Positions 26,356-41,125 of a DNA stretch of 64,000 nt are shown here, piece by piece. Position numbers and translations under genes: made by a program. Below the pieces are notes generated by a model, which worked only from the letters and a program-made list of their open reading frames with translations, made no database searches and was not told the DNA's origin. Position 1 is the first letter of the stretch. Every line of letters starts with the position of its first letter. The stretch is from the human T2T-CHM13v2.0 reference genome, Homo sapiens. The stretch is from assembly GCF_009914755.1 (NCBI RefSeq), contig NC_060938.1; one strand, given 5' to 3'.

Positions 26356-26702
26356 ACAGATTTAAAGTTGAAAACAAAGGAGCCATATTCATTTAGATTT
26401 CAAAATCAGAACTGCCATCATAGCAAACGTGAAGTCAAAATTAAAGGAAAAAATAGTTTTACACTTTGATTCATGTCAAACTGAGAAAAATACAACTGCA
26501 AATAATTGTTTGACAGTTTCTGTTTAAATTTTTATTACAAGTCTTTTTTTTTCATTTACTTGTTGCTGAATGCTGTGATTTATTTATGCTGTCATTTCTT
26601 TATGCTATATGATGAAAGCAAAAGTAGAATGCCTGGGGAAAATCAACTGTCAAACTGAATTCAGACATTATAGTTTCTGTGATGTCAAAAAAAGTCAGTT
26701 CT

Positions 26703-27121
<419 letters not shown>

Positions 27122-28106
27122 TCATAAAGTCTTTTACTAGTTTTTTGTTGGGGGGTGATGATAAAAGGGGTGACTAAGATCATTGGATTTACCATACCAC
27201 ATACTTACTAGTATCTATGAGCCAGTAATGGAAGAAAATCACAAAGAACAAATATTTTATATTATCCTTAAAAATTATCCTGGTGAGCATTTCTCCTTCC
27301 CAAAACACAAAACAGAAAGATGAACTACCAGGCCTCCCAAAAGCATTTTTTTGATTTGTTGTTGCCTTCAGTCATATTTTAGGAACAAAATGCTGAAGGC
27401 CTTGGAAGTTATCTAGATGAAAAACAAAAAAATACAGAAACAATATTGAAAACAACATAAAGTATAATAGATGAAAATCTAACTTTATCAGTTTTGACAA
27501 CATGATTTTTCTATTTTCTATATGATTTCAGTGTGGTTGCTTTGCAAAGAGGCAGCAAAACTCACATTTTATAAACTCAGAATTGTACTTACATTTATAT
27601 TTATATGTAAACATCTGAAATTATATAATACATATATCATATATATTTATATGTGTGTATGTATATTTGTTAACGTATTCCATTTAACTTTTTTCTTTTC
27701 ATATCATTATTCTAGTCTCACCCTATTCTGCTAGCTGACCTGCTAAAGTTAACATAAATCAGTTGTGAATTAAAATGGATATTTCCACCTATAAACAGTT
27801 TTCAATGATAACAATGCTTAAGTTGCCTAAATTTTGTATGTGAAAGAGTTGAACTAATAAATAGGCTAAAAGGTAAGTTCTGAAAAACATAGCACACAAC
27901 AATATTTAAATACTGTAAGAGTTATTTATCATATGAACTAAAAAACCTTAAATGAAGTTATACATTAAGAAAACTATCAATTTAGCCTTGTTTAATAATA
28001 ATTTTTATAGTTTCTACTATCTACTTCCCAGCAAAAGCCCTATGAAATCCCTTCATTCCTTTGTATAGGGAGATACATCTTCTCTCTGTTACTTCCCTTC
28101 ATTCTT

Positions 28107-28147
28107 CCATCCATCCATCCATCTTCCATCCATCCATCCATCCATCC
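28107..28147. repeat. (CCAT)n repeat, probably the tail of an antisense L2
   Basis: Read directly; followed by L2-like gcgtctaacattctctgctagatgctagg. Confidence 0.75.
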
Positions 28148-28875
28148 TACTTCATTGCAGTTATTTGGTGCAGTAGTTTTTTGGGCGTCTAACATTCTCT
28201 GCTAGATGCTAGGTACCCCTTGACCCTGTCTTCGTCTAGGAATTTGATTTATAGATATTGATTAATTACACACAGGCAACAATAAATGTGACATAAAGCT
28301 TTTGTTTCACATAGTAGATAGCAAAATTATAACCCAAGGCAATGAACTCAGGTTCAGTCAGGAATTAAACAAGAGTAGAAGTAAGGTGTAGAGGATGGCA
28401 GCATCTGGGGAATGCAGGCAGCTTTGGGTTTTTAATTGTTGTTCCGGGTCAGCATGAGTTGAGGTGTCCTCCTTTGGCATAGATCTCATTTGGTTTGTAA
28501 TTGTGACGGACGCCAAGGGGAATGAAGAAGAATGGGCTTTCTTCTCAGATAACACAGATATGGGACAAAAAATAGAGAAGAAATTTGAGGACCTAAAAAA
28601 TCTCATTGATAAAACATCAGCACTAGAATCTTTCTCTTTATTTCAAGTAGACTTTTTTTTCTTTATTGCCTTCCTAAGTCTCTAGAATTGATCATCTTTA
28701 AACCCAGTAAGTAACCTCATTCTTCTTTTTAGATCACTTTCAAAAATAGAAAAATAAGTCAGTCCCAAGAGAGTCAGCTCATAGTTCTGAGTTGGATCTT
28801 AATTGAGTATTAATTTTGAAAAAAAAAGTTACTTTTTACTACATTTTAAGTTGATTGCGAATTACTTCAAAATAT

Positions 28876-29287
28876 AATGATAGACTGGATTAAGAAAATG
28901 TGGCACATATACACGATGGAATACTATGCAGCCATAAAAATGGTGAGTTCATGTCCTTTGTAGGGACATGGATGAAGCCGGAAACCGTCATTCTCAGCAA
29001 ACTATCACAAGGACAAAAAACCAAACACCGCATGTTCTCACTCATAGGTGGGAATTGAACAATGAGAACACATGGACACAGGAAGGGATCATCACACACC
29101 GGGGCCTGTTTTGGGGTGGGGGGAGGGGGGAGGGATAGCATTAGGAGATATACCTAACGCTAAATGACAAGTTAGTGGGTGCAGCACACCAACATGGCAC
29201 ATGTATACATATGTAACAAACTTGTACTTTGTGCACATGTACCCTAAAACTTAAAGTATAATAATAATAATAATAATAATAATAAAA
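28876..29287 (+). mobile_element. 5'-truncated L1PA4/5-like 3' end with (TAA)n tail
   Basis: gatagactggattaagaaaatgtggcac...ttaggagatatacctaa...gtaccctaaaacttaaagtataataataat. Confidence 0.93.
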
Positions 29288-29670
29288 TTCTGATTAAGGG
29301 GGTAGTTCCTGTAGCAGTTTTAATGGCTGGAGGAACCAAAAACATATATGAATTATAATCTTCCACCGACACTACCCCCACTTATCTCCATCAGGCCCAA
29401 GTAAATTTTGATATGAGTTATACAATAAAGGTATAATTGTAACTGGGATGCAAACTGGCATTTCATTTTTAAAGCTGAGCCGATGCCAGTGCTAGAACAA
29501 CTGGCTACCTTTACCTGGGTGTGAATCTTGCTAGTCTCCACCTACATGAATGATTTAGGAAATAAAATAATGTTTAACACTTTATAAAGCCTAGAGGTTA
29601 AAATCACTTATATGTTTATTGAAAATGTGTCCCTTATATGTATATTTCAAATATGTTTACATTTTATTTA

Positions 29671-30113
<443 letters not shown>

Positions 30114-31852
30114 TCAAAATTTTCACTCAATATATTCTCTTTTCTCTCCTTTAAATTTCTCTAATCACGAGGACTCCACCATGACCTAAAATAATTGGAA
30201 AAATAACCACTCTTTCTTATCCTAATCTTTAAAATCAGTAAAGTAGAGGTTATACAGCAAAAAAAGAGAGATACTCATTGCTAGCTCTGTTTAAACATGG
30301 ACATTGTGTAAAAAATATTTCGGTACTGCTAGACTTAGACGAGTGATGTGAGATAAAAATGACTAGCCTCAAAGACTAAATAAGTACCCTAAAGAAATTC
30401 TTTCTAACTTCTAATTCTAGCGTGGAGTCATTCTTAATTTTTTATTTACATTGCAATTCTTGCTATTTTAACTGCAAAGCATTCTTTTTCCTTAAAGCTA
30501 TTATTTTAACTCTATTTTTACACCTATAATATGTTAGAAACATTGTGTTTTTTCACTTTTCTGTTTATTCCTTGCTTTAAAAATTATATTTTCACAAAGA
30601 CTTTTATTTTTCCTGTTTATTGGAGGAGATGATATAGGCATGTATAAGAACTTCATTACTCATTCATTAAAAATACCCACTGTAGTTATATACACAATTT
30701 TAGTGTGCGAAACCCACCACATGACACTTAGGCATTATTTTCATCATGCTTCACTACGTGATCTGGAATGCATTTTGTAATGGGGTAAATAAGCACACAA
30801 TTTTGCTGCCAAGTGCAATGCCTTGTTTATATGTTCTGAGATTATAGTCATATGTTTATGTGTTCTGAGATTATATTAACATGGTAAGTCTGTTAGTAGA
30901 ATTTGCATCATATTTAGTAAAAGTACACAGGGATATCTGTGTCTTGCCCTGCCTACTACAAATTTTTTTGCACATTGGCATATTCATTGCCAATTTCAAG
31001 CCTAATCTAGATTGAAATCCACTATAACAGCAAATTTTTAAAATTTTTAGATTTTCTAGAAAAGCAAGCATGTGGGTATTTTTTGCCAACAGAGGTATCC
31101 ATTTGTGAACTTGAGGAGGAAAATCTGAAAAAGTCGGGTGATTGTTTTCTATTAAAAAACTCCCCAAATGTGTTGACCAATTATTTTCCTATAAGATCTC
31201 TACACTACACACAAAGGATAAGAACAACAAAAGGTGCTTCAGTGACTGATACACCAGTACTGTATGCCGGATTAGTCCAGACAACTTGGGCTCACAGTCA
31301 AGTGGCACCATACACTCCTCATGAGCACAATTTAAATCACAGCATGACTTGGAATAACATTGTGAAATGTTGAAGATCAACTCATAAGTGGGCAGATGGG
31401 CAGGAGGAAGGACAGGTGAAAAGGAAAAAGAACAACAAGCCATTTAGATAAAAGACAACTGAAAGACAAATATATTTACATGAACTTTTAATATTCATTG
31501 GCCCCACTACATCACTGCATATTAAAGTGGCGACCATGATATTAGGATTTCTCCTCTGTCAGGAGAGATAGGAAGGAGGTGAGAAGAAGTAAACAGATCT
31601 CATTTTTATTGATGTTGTTATTATTATTTTGTTTTTGTTTTGCAGTGATTGGTTAATGTGTAATGTCTCTCCTGGAAATCTTCTGTTTTGAAAGAGTGTT
31701 CATAAAGAATAAAATGACTCTCATTTAAAATAGTTTTAAAAATGAAAAGTGCCAGGAGAGATCATGGTTCTTAAGCACAGAAAGTATGTATAAATTATCA
31801 CATGCTATACCACCACTGAAAGATTGAAAAGCTCTAATAAACTAATTAGTAG

Positions 31853-31990
31853 CTATATGTATATATGTATATACGTATATAGGCATATATATGTATATGT
31901 ACTCATATACATATATAACTACCAATAAATATATATGTATTATATATAATACTAGTATCTATTAGTGTGGAGATATATATATATATATAA
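31853..31990. repeat. (TA)-rich low-complexity tract
   Basis: Read directly. Confidence 0.8.
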
Positions 31991-33799
31991 CTTGTATAGC
32001 TTGTATTTTGAGCTTTAGTACAGTAATTGTCATCAGTTATAAAATAAGTATTCCTAAAGATCACATTTTAATGACTAGATTAAGAGTGCAGTCTAGCAAA
32101 ATTTGGAAGAATACAAGCGAAACCACTGTCGAGAGGTTTTTAGTTATGTAAACATGTGGAAACATTATATTAGTGATAGCTTCTATGCAATCCCTGATAC
32201 AAAAACAAAAACCTATATTTCTTATAATTCTGATAATAAGAAACAAGTAATGGAAATTAGTAAACATGAAGAATATGAAAACTTACAATATTGAAAAATG
32301 GCTTTCCTTTTAGCTTGTCACACTTGTTATATTAAAATATTAATAGCAACAAATATCAAAATGTACATGTACCACCCCATGATGGATGTTTCAGAAAACT
32401 AATCATTTAGTTAGGCGTCATTTATACTTTTAGGTTTACTTTTAAAGCCTTTTTTTACTGGATATCCTGAATAGCCTAATGAGACCTCAGGTGGGTAGAT
32501 AAGAAACTATGTGATTCTTTCCAGAAGTACTGAGGAAGGGCAGGTTTGAAATAATGCCAGAGTCTCTTGTTCTTCTCAACTTTTAATGTGGCAAAATGAG
32601 CTGATGTGGCAAAAGTAGAGCATCTCTTGTATCTCCCTTTAAGGCACCACTGCAGTTATAGCTTACATGTGATAATGGGAAAGTTCAGACTTCTGGTACA
32701 GATACACCGGATAGTATATTAGATTTTAATGTCTACTCTTCTTGATCTTCCAGAAAGATTTCAGTTGCATCACCTATGATAAGCATCTCATTGACAAGTG
32801 TGTCTCCAAGTTAGCTTGTTGAAACCAAGGCTAAGAAGAATCTTGAATTATTAGCCAACCCATCTCTAGCTTTACTACTAAATACTTATGCACCTTAGTG
32901 GAATTTACTTGCTATTAACCACTTTTTCTCTTTTTATATAAAATGACTAGAAAGCATGTCTGACATTTTTCTTGCAAGGAACAGAATTAGTTGATGAATA
33001 CCAAAAGACTGTTAATAATGCATTGCACAAGAATGTGATCTTTCAATGAATATTACTCTCTCTTCCTCCTGTCAGATAATGCCTAGGATAGAGACCTGTC
33101 ATATTTATTTTGTATTTGTTGATGAGTATGCCACTTTTGATTGCCAATGGGAGCCATTAATCTTTGCATATATAGAAAACTAACTCCAGTCATTAGTGTG
33201 TCAGTTAGGCTGAACAGACATAACACTGCATTGCATTTCCAGTAGAATATTCAGAGTACAGGTTATACATGAAGTATGAAAAGAACCAGGGACAAACTTA
33301 ACAGTATGAACTACTAAAAATAACATTCTTTTCCTATAAGCAACTATTTAGAATGTACATATATATATTTGAATTCCTAAAAAAAATCTAGCAAATTGCT
33401 GTTAATCAAAGCTAAATAGGATAAGATTTCTTAACAAATAAGCAAGAAGCAAAGATATTCACCTCTCATAATATTCAAAATAGAAATAAAAACTTAAACT
33501 TTGACTAACTCTATGCTATGAGAAGACGTTGAAAGGATGACATGGAAAGTATAACTATTCTTCACATTCTGGAAAAAGCCCAACACAACTTGAGAAGAAT
33601 TACAACACATAAAATATGTTCAGTGAAGCAATTAATATTCAATGCCCCCAAATTAGTGACACGAGGAAAACAAAAAAAAATACATTACATTTAATAAAAC
33701 AGTCCATAGAAGGACATTTAGCAGTTATCCTAATTTAGAAATTATCAGACAGGGATCAATAACCATGATAAATTGTTAAAAGATCTACTGGGGAAATGG

Positions 33800-34540
33800 A
33801 CAGCACTGCTAAGAAAATAAAAAGACAATCTACATACTTTCAATATGCGTATCATTTAAGAATCTAGTATCATATTATATACAGAACACAAACAAATCCG
33901 TATAAAAATAGTTTGCATAGAGCTTATAAAAATACATAGCAAAAAGAATATCAAATAATCACATAATGTTCAAGTCAACAATGCTGTAAGATAAATGCAA
34001 ATTTAAAACAAATGAAAAGAGTTATAAGCTAACCAGAAGGGCTAAAATTTAAAGCAAATAATACCAGGTTTTGGCAAGAATCTTTCTTATATTGTCAGTG
34101 GGACATTAACTTTTATACACTTTGGAAAACTATTTAACATTATCTAGTAAACATACAAAAATGTATCCATTGACTCAATAGTTCTATTTCCAGTCATTTA
34201 CCCAAGAACAGTAGAGATTTTTGTTCACCAAGACTTGCAGAAAAATGTTCAAGAGAATGAATTAACAAATTGTGATGTGTTTGTACAATGTGATATTAGC
34301 CAGAGATAAAAAATAAATAAATAAGCTGCTGCTACAAAATAAGCCAAACACAAATGGTTACATAATCTACAATTCAATTTACGTTAAGTCCAAGGAAACA
34401 CCAAACTAGTTGAGAGTGACTGAGATAAGAAATTGCTAGTCAGACTGGTTAGCAAAAATTGGTAAGCAAGGAGCCCAAGGGGGCGTTCTGCTGTGATGTA
34501 AATATTCTATACTTTATTACATAGGCATATATGATAGTCA
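33800..34540 (+). mobile_element. Ancient L1ME-like fragment
   Basis: aaatgcaaatttaaaac; cactttggaaaactatttaacattatctagtaaa; ccattgactcaatagttctatttcc. Confidence 0.55.
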
Positions 34541-35899
34541 AGACATACTAAATGTTTGAAATTCCTATTCTGCTTACATAGGACTTAGTTAGATTTCTGT
34601 TGAGTAAGACTCTATTATTTCTACATTTTTAGCTGCATTTCGATTAAATTAATAAATCATTTTCTATCAAAAATTAGGAAGATATTCTATAGTAACTTAA
34701 AAATTCTTTACAGTTTTTCTCTCAAATTTAAATCTTTAATATATCTAGAATTGACACAATTTTATTTTTAAACTATAGATAACTACTTGTGCAAATAATA
34801 TTTATTGAAAGGATTTTACAGTGACACCTTTTTCATGTATGGTGTTTATGTGTCTGGGTTTGCTTCTGGTCTCTCTTTTATGTATGTACCACCTTTGGCT
34901 TTTTTTTTTTTTTTTTTTTACCATTTCAAACTGTCTTAATTACTATCACTTTATAATGGTTCTTGATATCTTATAAAACCCTAAGAGGACAATTAGTGCT
35001 CTTTCTCTAATCACTTATTTCACCCATCTCACATAATAGCTATTTCTAAACATTATGATATATTCTTAAAGCCCTTGCCCTGGCCACTTTCTGCATTACA
35101 CTCAGCAGAATACCTTGAGTCCTACTTAATAGAGAACATAATGGCTTCCAGGCCTTCCACCTACAAACTTATTGGCATCATCAATCATCCTTATAGCCTT
35201 CCTTCCAGTTTTAGTAGAGCAGATGTTACTGCTGTGGAATGGCAATAACTGCAGTTGTCGTCTGAATCCCATCTCCTCCTATTTTGTCAGGATCCTTATA
35301 CCATTAATTTCTCTCTCTTTTCACCTATTACCTTTTATTAAAAACATTTTTCCTCACTTTTGGGAAAAAATTAGTCATTATTTTTATTTTTTAAAATAAT
35401 ACATTTTAAGAATAAAAATTAATGTAAATTTAAAAACATTTTGATGTTTATCTTTTTGCTGTATGTGTCTCACAGAGTTCATATTATACTCTAAAAAGTC
35501 TTGTACCTATGGTGTTTATGAGCATAGCTCATGAACGTGTCTCATGTTATCAAATATTCTTTAAATATATGAGTACCTTCTATAGAGAATTGCATCATTG
35601 GGACATGCATATATCCCCTTTGTTTTGCAACATTTTGAAATTAATGCAAGTGCTTATGTTTTGTTTTAAATTGAAACAAGGAAAATGAAAAGAACTCAAC
35701 ATACAGAGTTAAGTATCTTGTGGATATATGTACATATATGTTCATATAACCTCCTTCTTATCAACACAAATAGATGATTAAGTGTTCTATTCTCAACATA
35801 TCTGCTTTAAATTATTCTTGATCATTTTGTATGTTAACATAAATATAATGACTAGTATTTCCTATATCCCCAAACTATACCATACTTTATTAACTACTC

Positions 35900-37690
35900 T
35901 CCTGTTTTTAATTTCCTGTTCTCTATTATGTCCATTCTTCCTCTGACTCACTTCCTCTTTTCCCACTACTAATGTTTCAGAAAATTCTAATTTTAAATTA
36001 TATTCTCAATGGTTGTACTTCTTCTGAAGTACCAATTGATGATTGTTCAACAATCTCCAAGCCATCTAAATTTACTTTCTATGTTCAAACCTAATTACAT
36101 CTAATAACTGATTAGAAGTTTGCTTATTCCACAAAAATCAACACTTCTAAACAAAAATTTTCACTAGACCTAATACAATATTTACTTACTCAAGTCTGTT
36201 CTTCTCAATATATTATCTCTTTGTTAAATGTCAATCCTATTGATCTAGTTGCATAAACCAGAGATGGAAGTCGTCCTTGAGTCTATTTATTCTTATGGCC
36301 AATCAAGAGCAAAGTATAACAGATTTTACTTCCTTAGTGTCATTCAGCTCTATTACCTCTGAATCATCCTCAATCTTACTGTTTTATTGCCCTTATTGTT
36401 TACTTATCTCTAAACTTAATTACTAAATGAATATTTTAATTTCCCTCTCTGAAGCCATCCAGATTCCCCTAATGTAATATTTCAAGCTATACACTGCTAT
36501 TAGTGTGATCTTTCTAAAATGTGTAATAATAATAATGTCACTTCTATGCATAGAATTGTGTCCTCAAACAATTATGCTTCACAATAAAAAGTTGATTTAA
36601 AAAAATTCACATAAAAATTCTGTCACAGTAACAATTCAAAGATAACCTCTTAAGATCTTGTCTGTTTAATTAAACACTAACTTAGGTACTGCTGGGGAGG
36701 GACTAGATTACCATTCAACTGATCTTAAAATAGGGAAACTATCCTGGCTTATCATGATAGGCCCAGTGTAATCACACATGCCCTTAAAAAATGAAGAGGA
36801 AGTCAGAGGAGAGATGTAAATGGAGTCAGTCCTAGAGATTTGGTAGCAGAGAAAGTCAGAGAAACTCAAGGCATGAAAGGAACTCAATCATCCCTGGCTG
36901 CAGGAAGGTTCATGGAAAGCAGGAGAAGGAATGCAGCAACAATATAGAAAAAAAGGTGGAAGGAAATAGGACCTCAGTCCTACAACCACAATAAACTGTA
37001 TTCTGCCAAGAAGCCAGTATGAGCTTAGAAGCAGATTCTTCCCAGAGCTTCTTGATAAGAGCCCAGATGACTAAAACCTTGGTGATGGCCTTATGAAACC
37101 CAGACCAGAGAAGCCAATCAAGCCAATCCAGACTTCTGACCTACCGAACTGTGAGATAATAAATTTGTGTTGTCTACACTGTGAAATTTGGAATAATTTG
37201 TTACAGCAGCGACAGAAAACTAATGAACCTTTATAATCCTACTCCACTCTCTTGACCTTTATCCTTGATCACTGACCCTTTCCCACTTTACCTTGAAGTA
37301 TCCAGAAATACATGTTTATATATTATCAGGCCCTCTGCTGTCTCAAGGTGCATGTATTCATGCTAGCTTTTTGTGTAAATCTTTTTACTTTGCCTGGCTA
37401 ATTTCCATTTACTCTTCACAATTCATCATAGCTATCATCTCTTCTGGAAACCCACCTGAACTATCACGTCTCTGTTGGGTGCTCCACTTATATTACCCTA
37501 TACACTTTGATTTATTTCCATCAAAGCAAGTAAGATGTTCTCTGGTACTTATCAATGTGTCTGTCTTCTCATCTTCAAATATAAGCTCTTTGAAGAGAAT
37601 GACTGTAAATTATATCTCTGAATTGCCTGAGTTTAGCACAAAGCACAGTGCAGCATTTGTGCACAATAAACATCTATTGAATGAATGCCA
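35900..37690 (+). mobile_element. L2 fragment interrupted by MLT1E
   Basis: agttgcataaaccagagatggaagtcgtccttga; gtgatctttctaaaatg; terminus caataaacatctattgaatgaatg at ~37664-37687. Confidence 0.65.
36621..37226 (+). mobile_element. MaLR solo LTR, MLT1E-like
   Basis: ggacctcagtcctacaaccac...agacttctgacctaccgaactgtgagataataaatttgtgttg...tttgttacagcagcgacagaaaactaat. Confidence 0.82.
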
Positions 37691-39697
37691 GAATAATGGG
37701 TTTGCATTTTGTAATGAATTTTTAGAAAGAATTTATGATGGTTAAGTGTACCAATGAAAGATCATTCTCCTTGTAGTAAAATTATTTTACCAGTAAAGAT
37801 AAACTTAAGGAGACGTTTCTGCATTGTGTTTTGTTTTTGTTTTTGTTTTTACTGGTAAAACTAATATCTGTATTTGGCACTGATTATGATTTTGCTGTTT
37901 AATTAGAGGACATATTATTTACTTAAAATATGTTCTTTTTTGAGCAAATCTTAACTAGTTTTCTGTATCTGTGTGCCCTTTAACAAGGAAGATAAATGCT
38001 TATGCATCTTTTTTATTTTTCTTTCCAGAGTGGGATGATTAGTTGCGTCCCTCTTTAGGGGAAATATTAGAAAATTATTACCTGCTTTGATTTTTCTCTA
38101 CATCCTAATTTTTTTCTCCATAATTGAAAGGTGCTTATATGGAGTGATCCTGAAACACATTGACATCTTGGGTTCAGACTCTTTCTGCGTTGCATTTATA
38201 CGGGCCTGCTTTCCGAAAGCAACATGTGTTATTATTCCCACTTTTGCTATCAGTGAGACTGACTTCTTCATACTATGGGAAAAGCTTGGATTTTCCTAAC
38301 TCTCCACTTTGTGATAGGTTTAGTAGTAGAACTCAATACTACAAGTTTATCAGGAGTTAGGGAGTACTAGAAAGCCCATGTTGGCCTCGGGACAAAGCAG
38401 GCAGCTGCATATGACTCCGCTATTTGCCCTACACAAAAATATCCTCCCTAGGTGCCACTGAGTGCTGAAATACACTCCACACTTGACTTTTCAAATTCTG
38501 TGCCGTACAGGATAAAGGCCAATGGGATGCCTTATGCTGTTTCATACAAAGATAGGGCATGTGCATCTCTGTGTTTAATCCCCTATTCTAGACTCCTTTG
38601 TCTATATTCATTTGGTTCAGAACTCATCATTAAGAGATCTCATTAGTTAGCTGATTTAAAATCCCACATCAGAAAATAAATCCAAGGGAAACTTAATTTT
38701 CAGCACCATGTCATTATTCTAGAGATAATGATTCTATATAAAATAATTTTGTCACAGTCTATAAACATCTTTCATGTGCTCAATCATAGTCATGCATTTT
38801 TTGGTCATAATACTCAGTGGTTAAATAGTTTATAGTATCTCTGTGCTCGTCATGTGTATATGTTAATTATATGCACATATACATGGATAAGTAACCTCAT
38901 AGGGTACTATTTATTATATTATGGATTCCTAAAAGAAATACCATAATTTATTGTTTCATAGATAACGTTTGCTTCTTACAAAGGCAATATCAGCTTAATG
39001 ATATATTGCTGTATTTGAACTGTATTTTTATTTTTGCAAGAGAAAGGGTAAAACCTTGCAAATTAACCTGATTAATGATGATAACTTTAAGTTTATAGTG
39101 AAGTTGCATTATACTGAAATGTTCAAGTTTTGGGGTGTTTCTTTTACTCATCAATCTTTTAAAGTACTCAGTTCCCTTTACAAAACGTTATTTGGATAAG
39201 GGAAAAGAGTTAAGTGAGGTTGGATGCCGGATGTTTAATTAGCACCACTTCATGTAGCCCACTTCAAGTAGCACAATGCTCTCATGGAGGAAGGGATTTT
39301 CTCTCAGTATTTCATTTAAAGTATACAGTAAATACTTCTAAGTGATTTAATGACTCTATGCTGCAAATCATTTAATACATAAAATGAACAGAAAAAGAAT
39401 ATGATTATTTCCAAGTTGGTTTTATAAAATCATGGCAGGTCTTGAAAACAAGATTGGGATATTGTAGAATAAATAAATCACAGTGTAAATAGAACTACAT
39501 TCATGTGTTTGTCTACAGAACTGGTTACTTATTTTTCTTTTACATATAAGGTCCAAATTTAATTTACCTGCCTTGGCAAAACAAAGATACAGTAATTTTT
39601 CAATTAAGCTCTTTTATACTGCCTTATTCCAAACTTGAAGTCCTCAGCTTATTAGCCAGATCATTTGGAATGATTAAGCCTCAATTTTCTAATGTAT

Positions 39698-39877
39698 AAA
39701 ATCAGCCAGGCGTGGTAGCAGGCACCTGTAATCCCAGCTACTCAGGAGGCTGAGGCAGGAGAATAGCTTAAACCTGGGAGGTGGAGGTTGCGGTGAGCTG
39801 AGATCACGCTACTGCACTTCAGCCTGGGCAACAAGAACTAGACTCTGTCTAAAATAAATAAATAAATAAATAAATAA
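39698..39877 (+). mobile_element. 5'-truncated AluS (right arm only, Sp/Sq-like) with (TAAA)n tail
   Basis: Starts at the linker aaaatcagccaggcgtgg; ggttgcggtgagc and ggcaacaaga diagnostics. Confidence 0.88.
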
Positions 39878-40382
39878 GGAAAAAATTTCATTTTTTAGGC
39901 TTAATTTAAATTATTAAGATGTTGGTATTTAATGTACAAATATTTTTGTGACAAATCTGTCATTAAGTTTTAGGATGAACACCAAAAAAGACGTTCAGAT
40001 TCTTAGATATTTTCAATATGTTTAAATGTGTTGTTTAACTTAAGCAGGTTATAAATTCAAATAATACCAAAGATCACACACAGACAATGGAGATATACTG
40101 CCTATATGATAAAAAGAGGATGATGAACTAAATACATCATTCAGTGTTTTTCTTATTTTTAAAATTGATAGTTTTTATTTCCAAAACATTTCAAGAGATA
40201 AAGGAAGATAAAATTCATTGGACACATAGTATGTGTCATACAATGTATTTGGCATTACACAGTTTTTAATTCACTTACTTTTCATGTCAGTATTAGAAAT
40301 TACATATAATATCTAATGTAATACTCTCAACAACTGTGTGAGTTGGTTTCTTAATTCTATAAAGAAAATGTAATTACAATTA

Positions 40383-41125
40383 TAAAGAAATGTAAATTAA
40401 AACCACAATGAGATACCACCTTATCCTAGACAGAGTGGCCCTTATTAAAAAGTCACAAAACACTAGATGTTGGCACAATATCATGAAAAGGGAACACTTA
40501 TACACTCCTGGTGAAAAAATAAATTATTACAACCACTGTAGAAAACAATATCGAGCTTTCTCAAAGGTCTATAAGTAGATCCACCATTTGATCCAGCAAT
40601 CCCACTACTGGCTATCTGCACAAAGGAAAATAAATTGCTATATTAAAAAAAAAAACCTCCATACACATGTTTATGGCAGCACAATTTACAATTGCAAAGA
40701 TATGTAATCAACTTTAGTGCCTACCAGTTGATGAGAATATAAGGAAAATTTCTTGAAATGGGATAGTAGTCAGCCATAAAAAATAAAAAAAAATGTATTT
40801 TGCAGTAACTTGGTGGAATTGGAGGCCATTATCTTAAGTAGAGCAACTCAGGAACAGAAAACCAAATAATGCATGTCCTCACTTATAATTGGGACTTAAG
40901 CTATGAGTACGAAATGGCGTACAGAGTGGTATAAGGGACACTGGAAAACTCAGAAGGCAGGAGGATGGGACAGGGGTAAGAAATGAAAAATAGCCTATTC
41001 AGTACAATGTACACTATTAGGGTGATGGTTACACTAAAAGACTAGACTTTACAATTCATCCCTGTAGCCCAAACTACATGTACCCTTAAAGCTATTGAAA
41101 TAAAAGAAAAAATAAAATGAAAAAC
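40383..41125 (+). mobile_element. L1PB-like 3' end
   Basis: aaaaccacaatgagataccacc...ccagcaatcccactactgg...gggtgatggttacactaaaag...gctattgaaataaaa. Confidence 0.85.

Noticed and set aside
28464-28685. Protein-looking 73-aa ORF (…DAKGNEEEWAFFSDNTDMGQKIEKKFEDLKNL…)
   Set aside because: GTG start, no family I recognise, no convincing splice sites; probably within decayed L2 sequence.
29112-29135. G-quadruplex-like tract
   Set aside because: Standard L1PA 3'UTR feature, not specific to this locus.
37293-37745. 150-aa ORF
   Set aside because: TTG start, lies within an L2 remnant, no recognisable domain.
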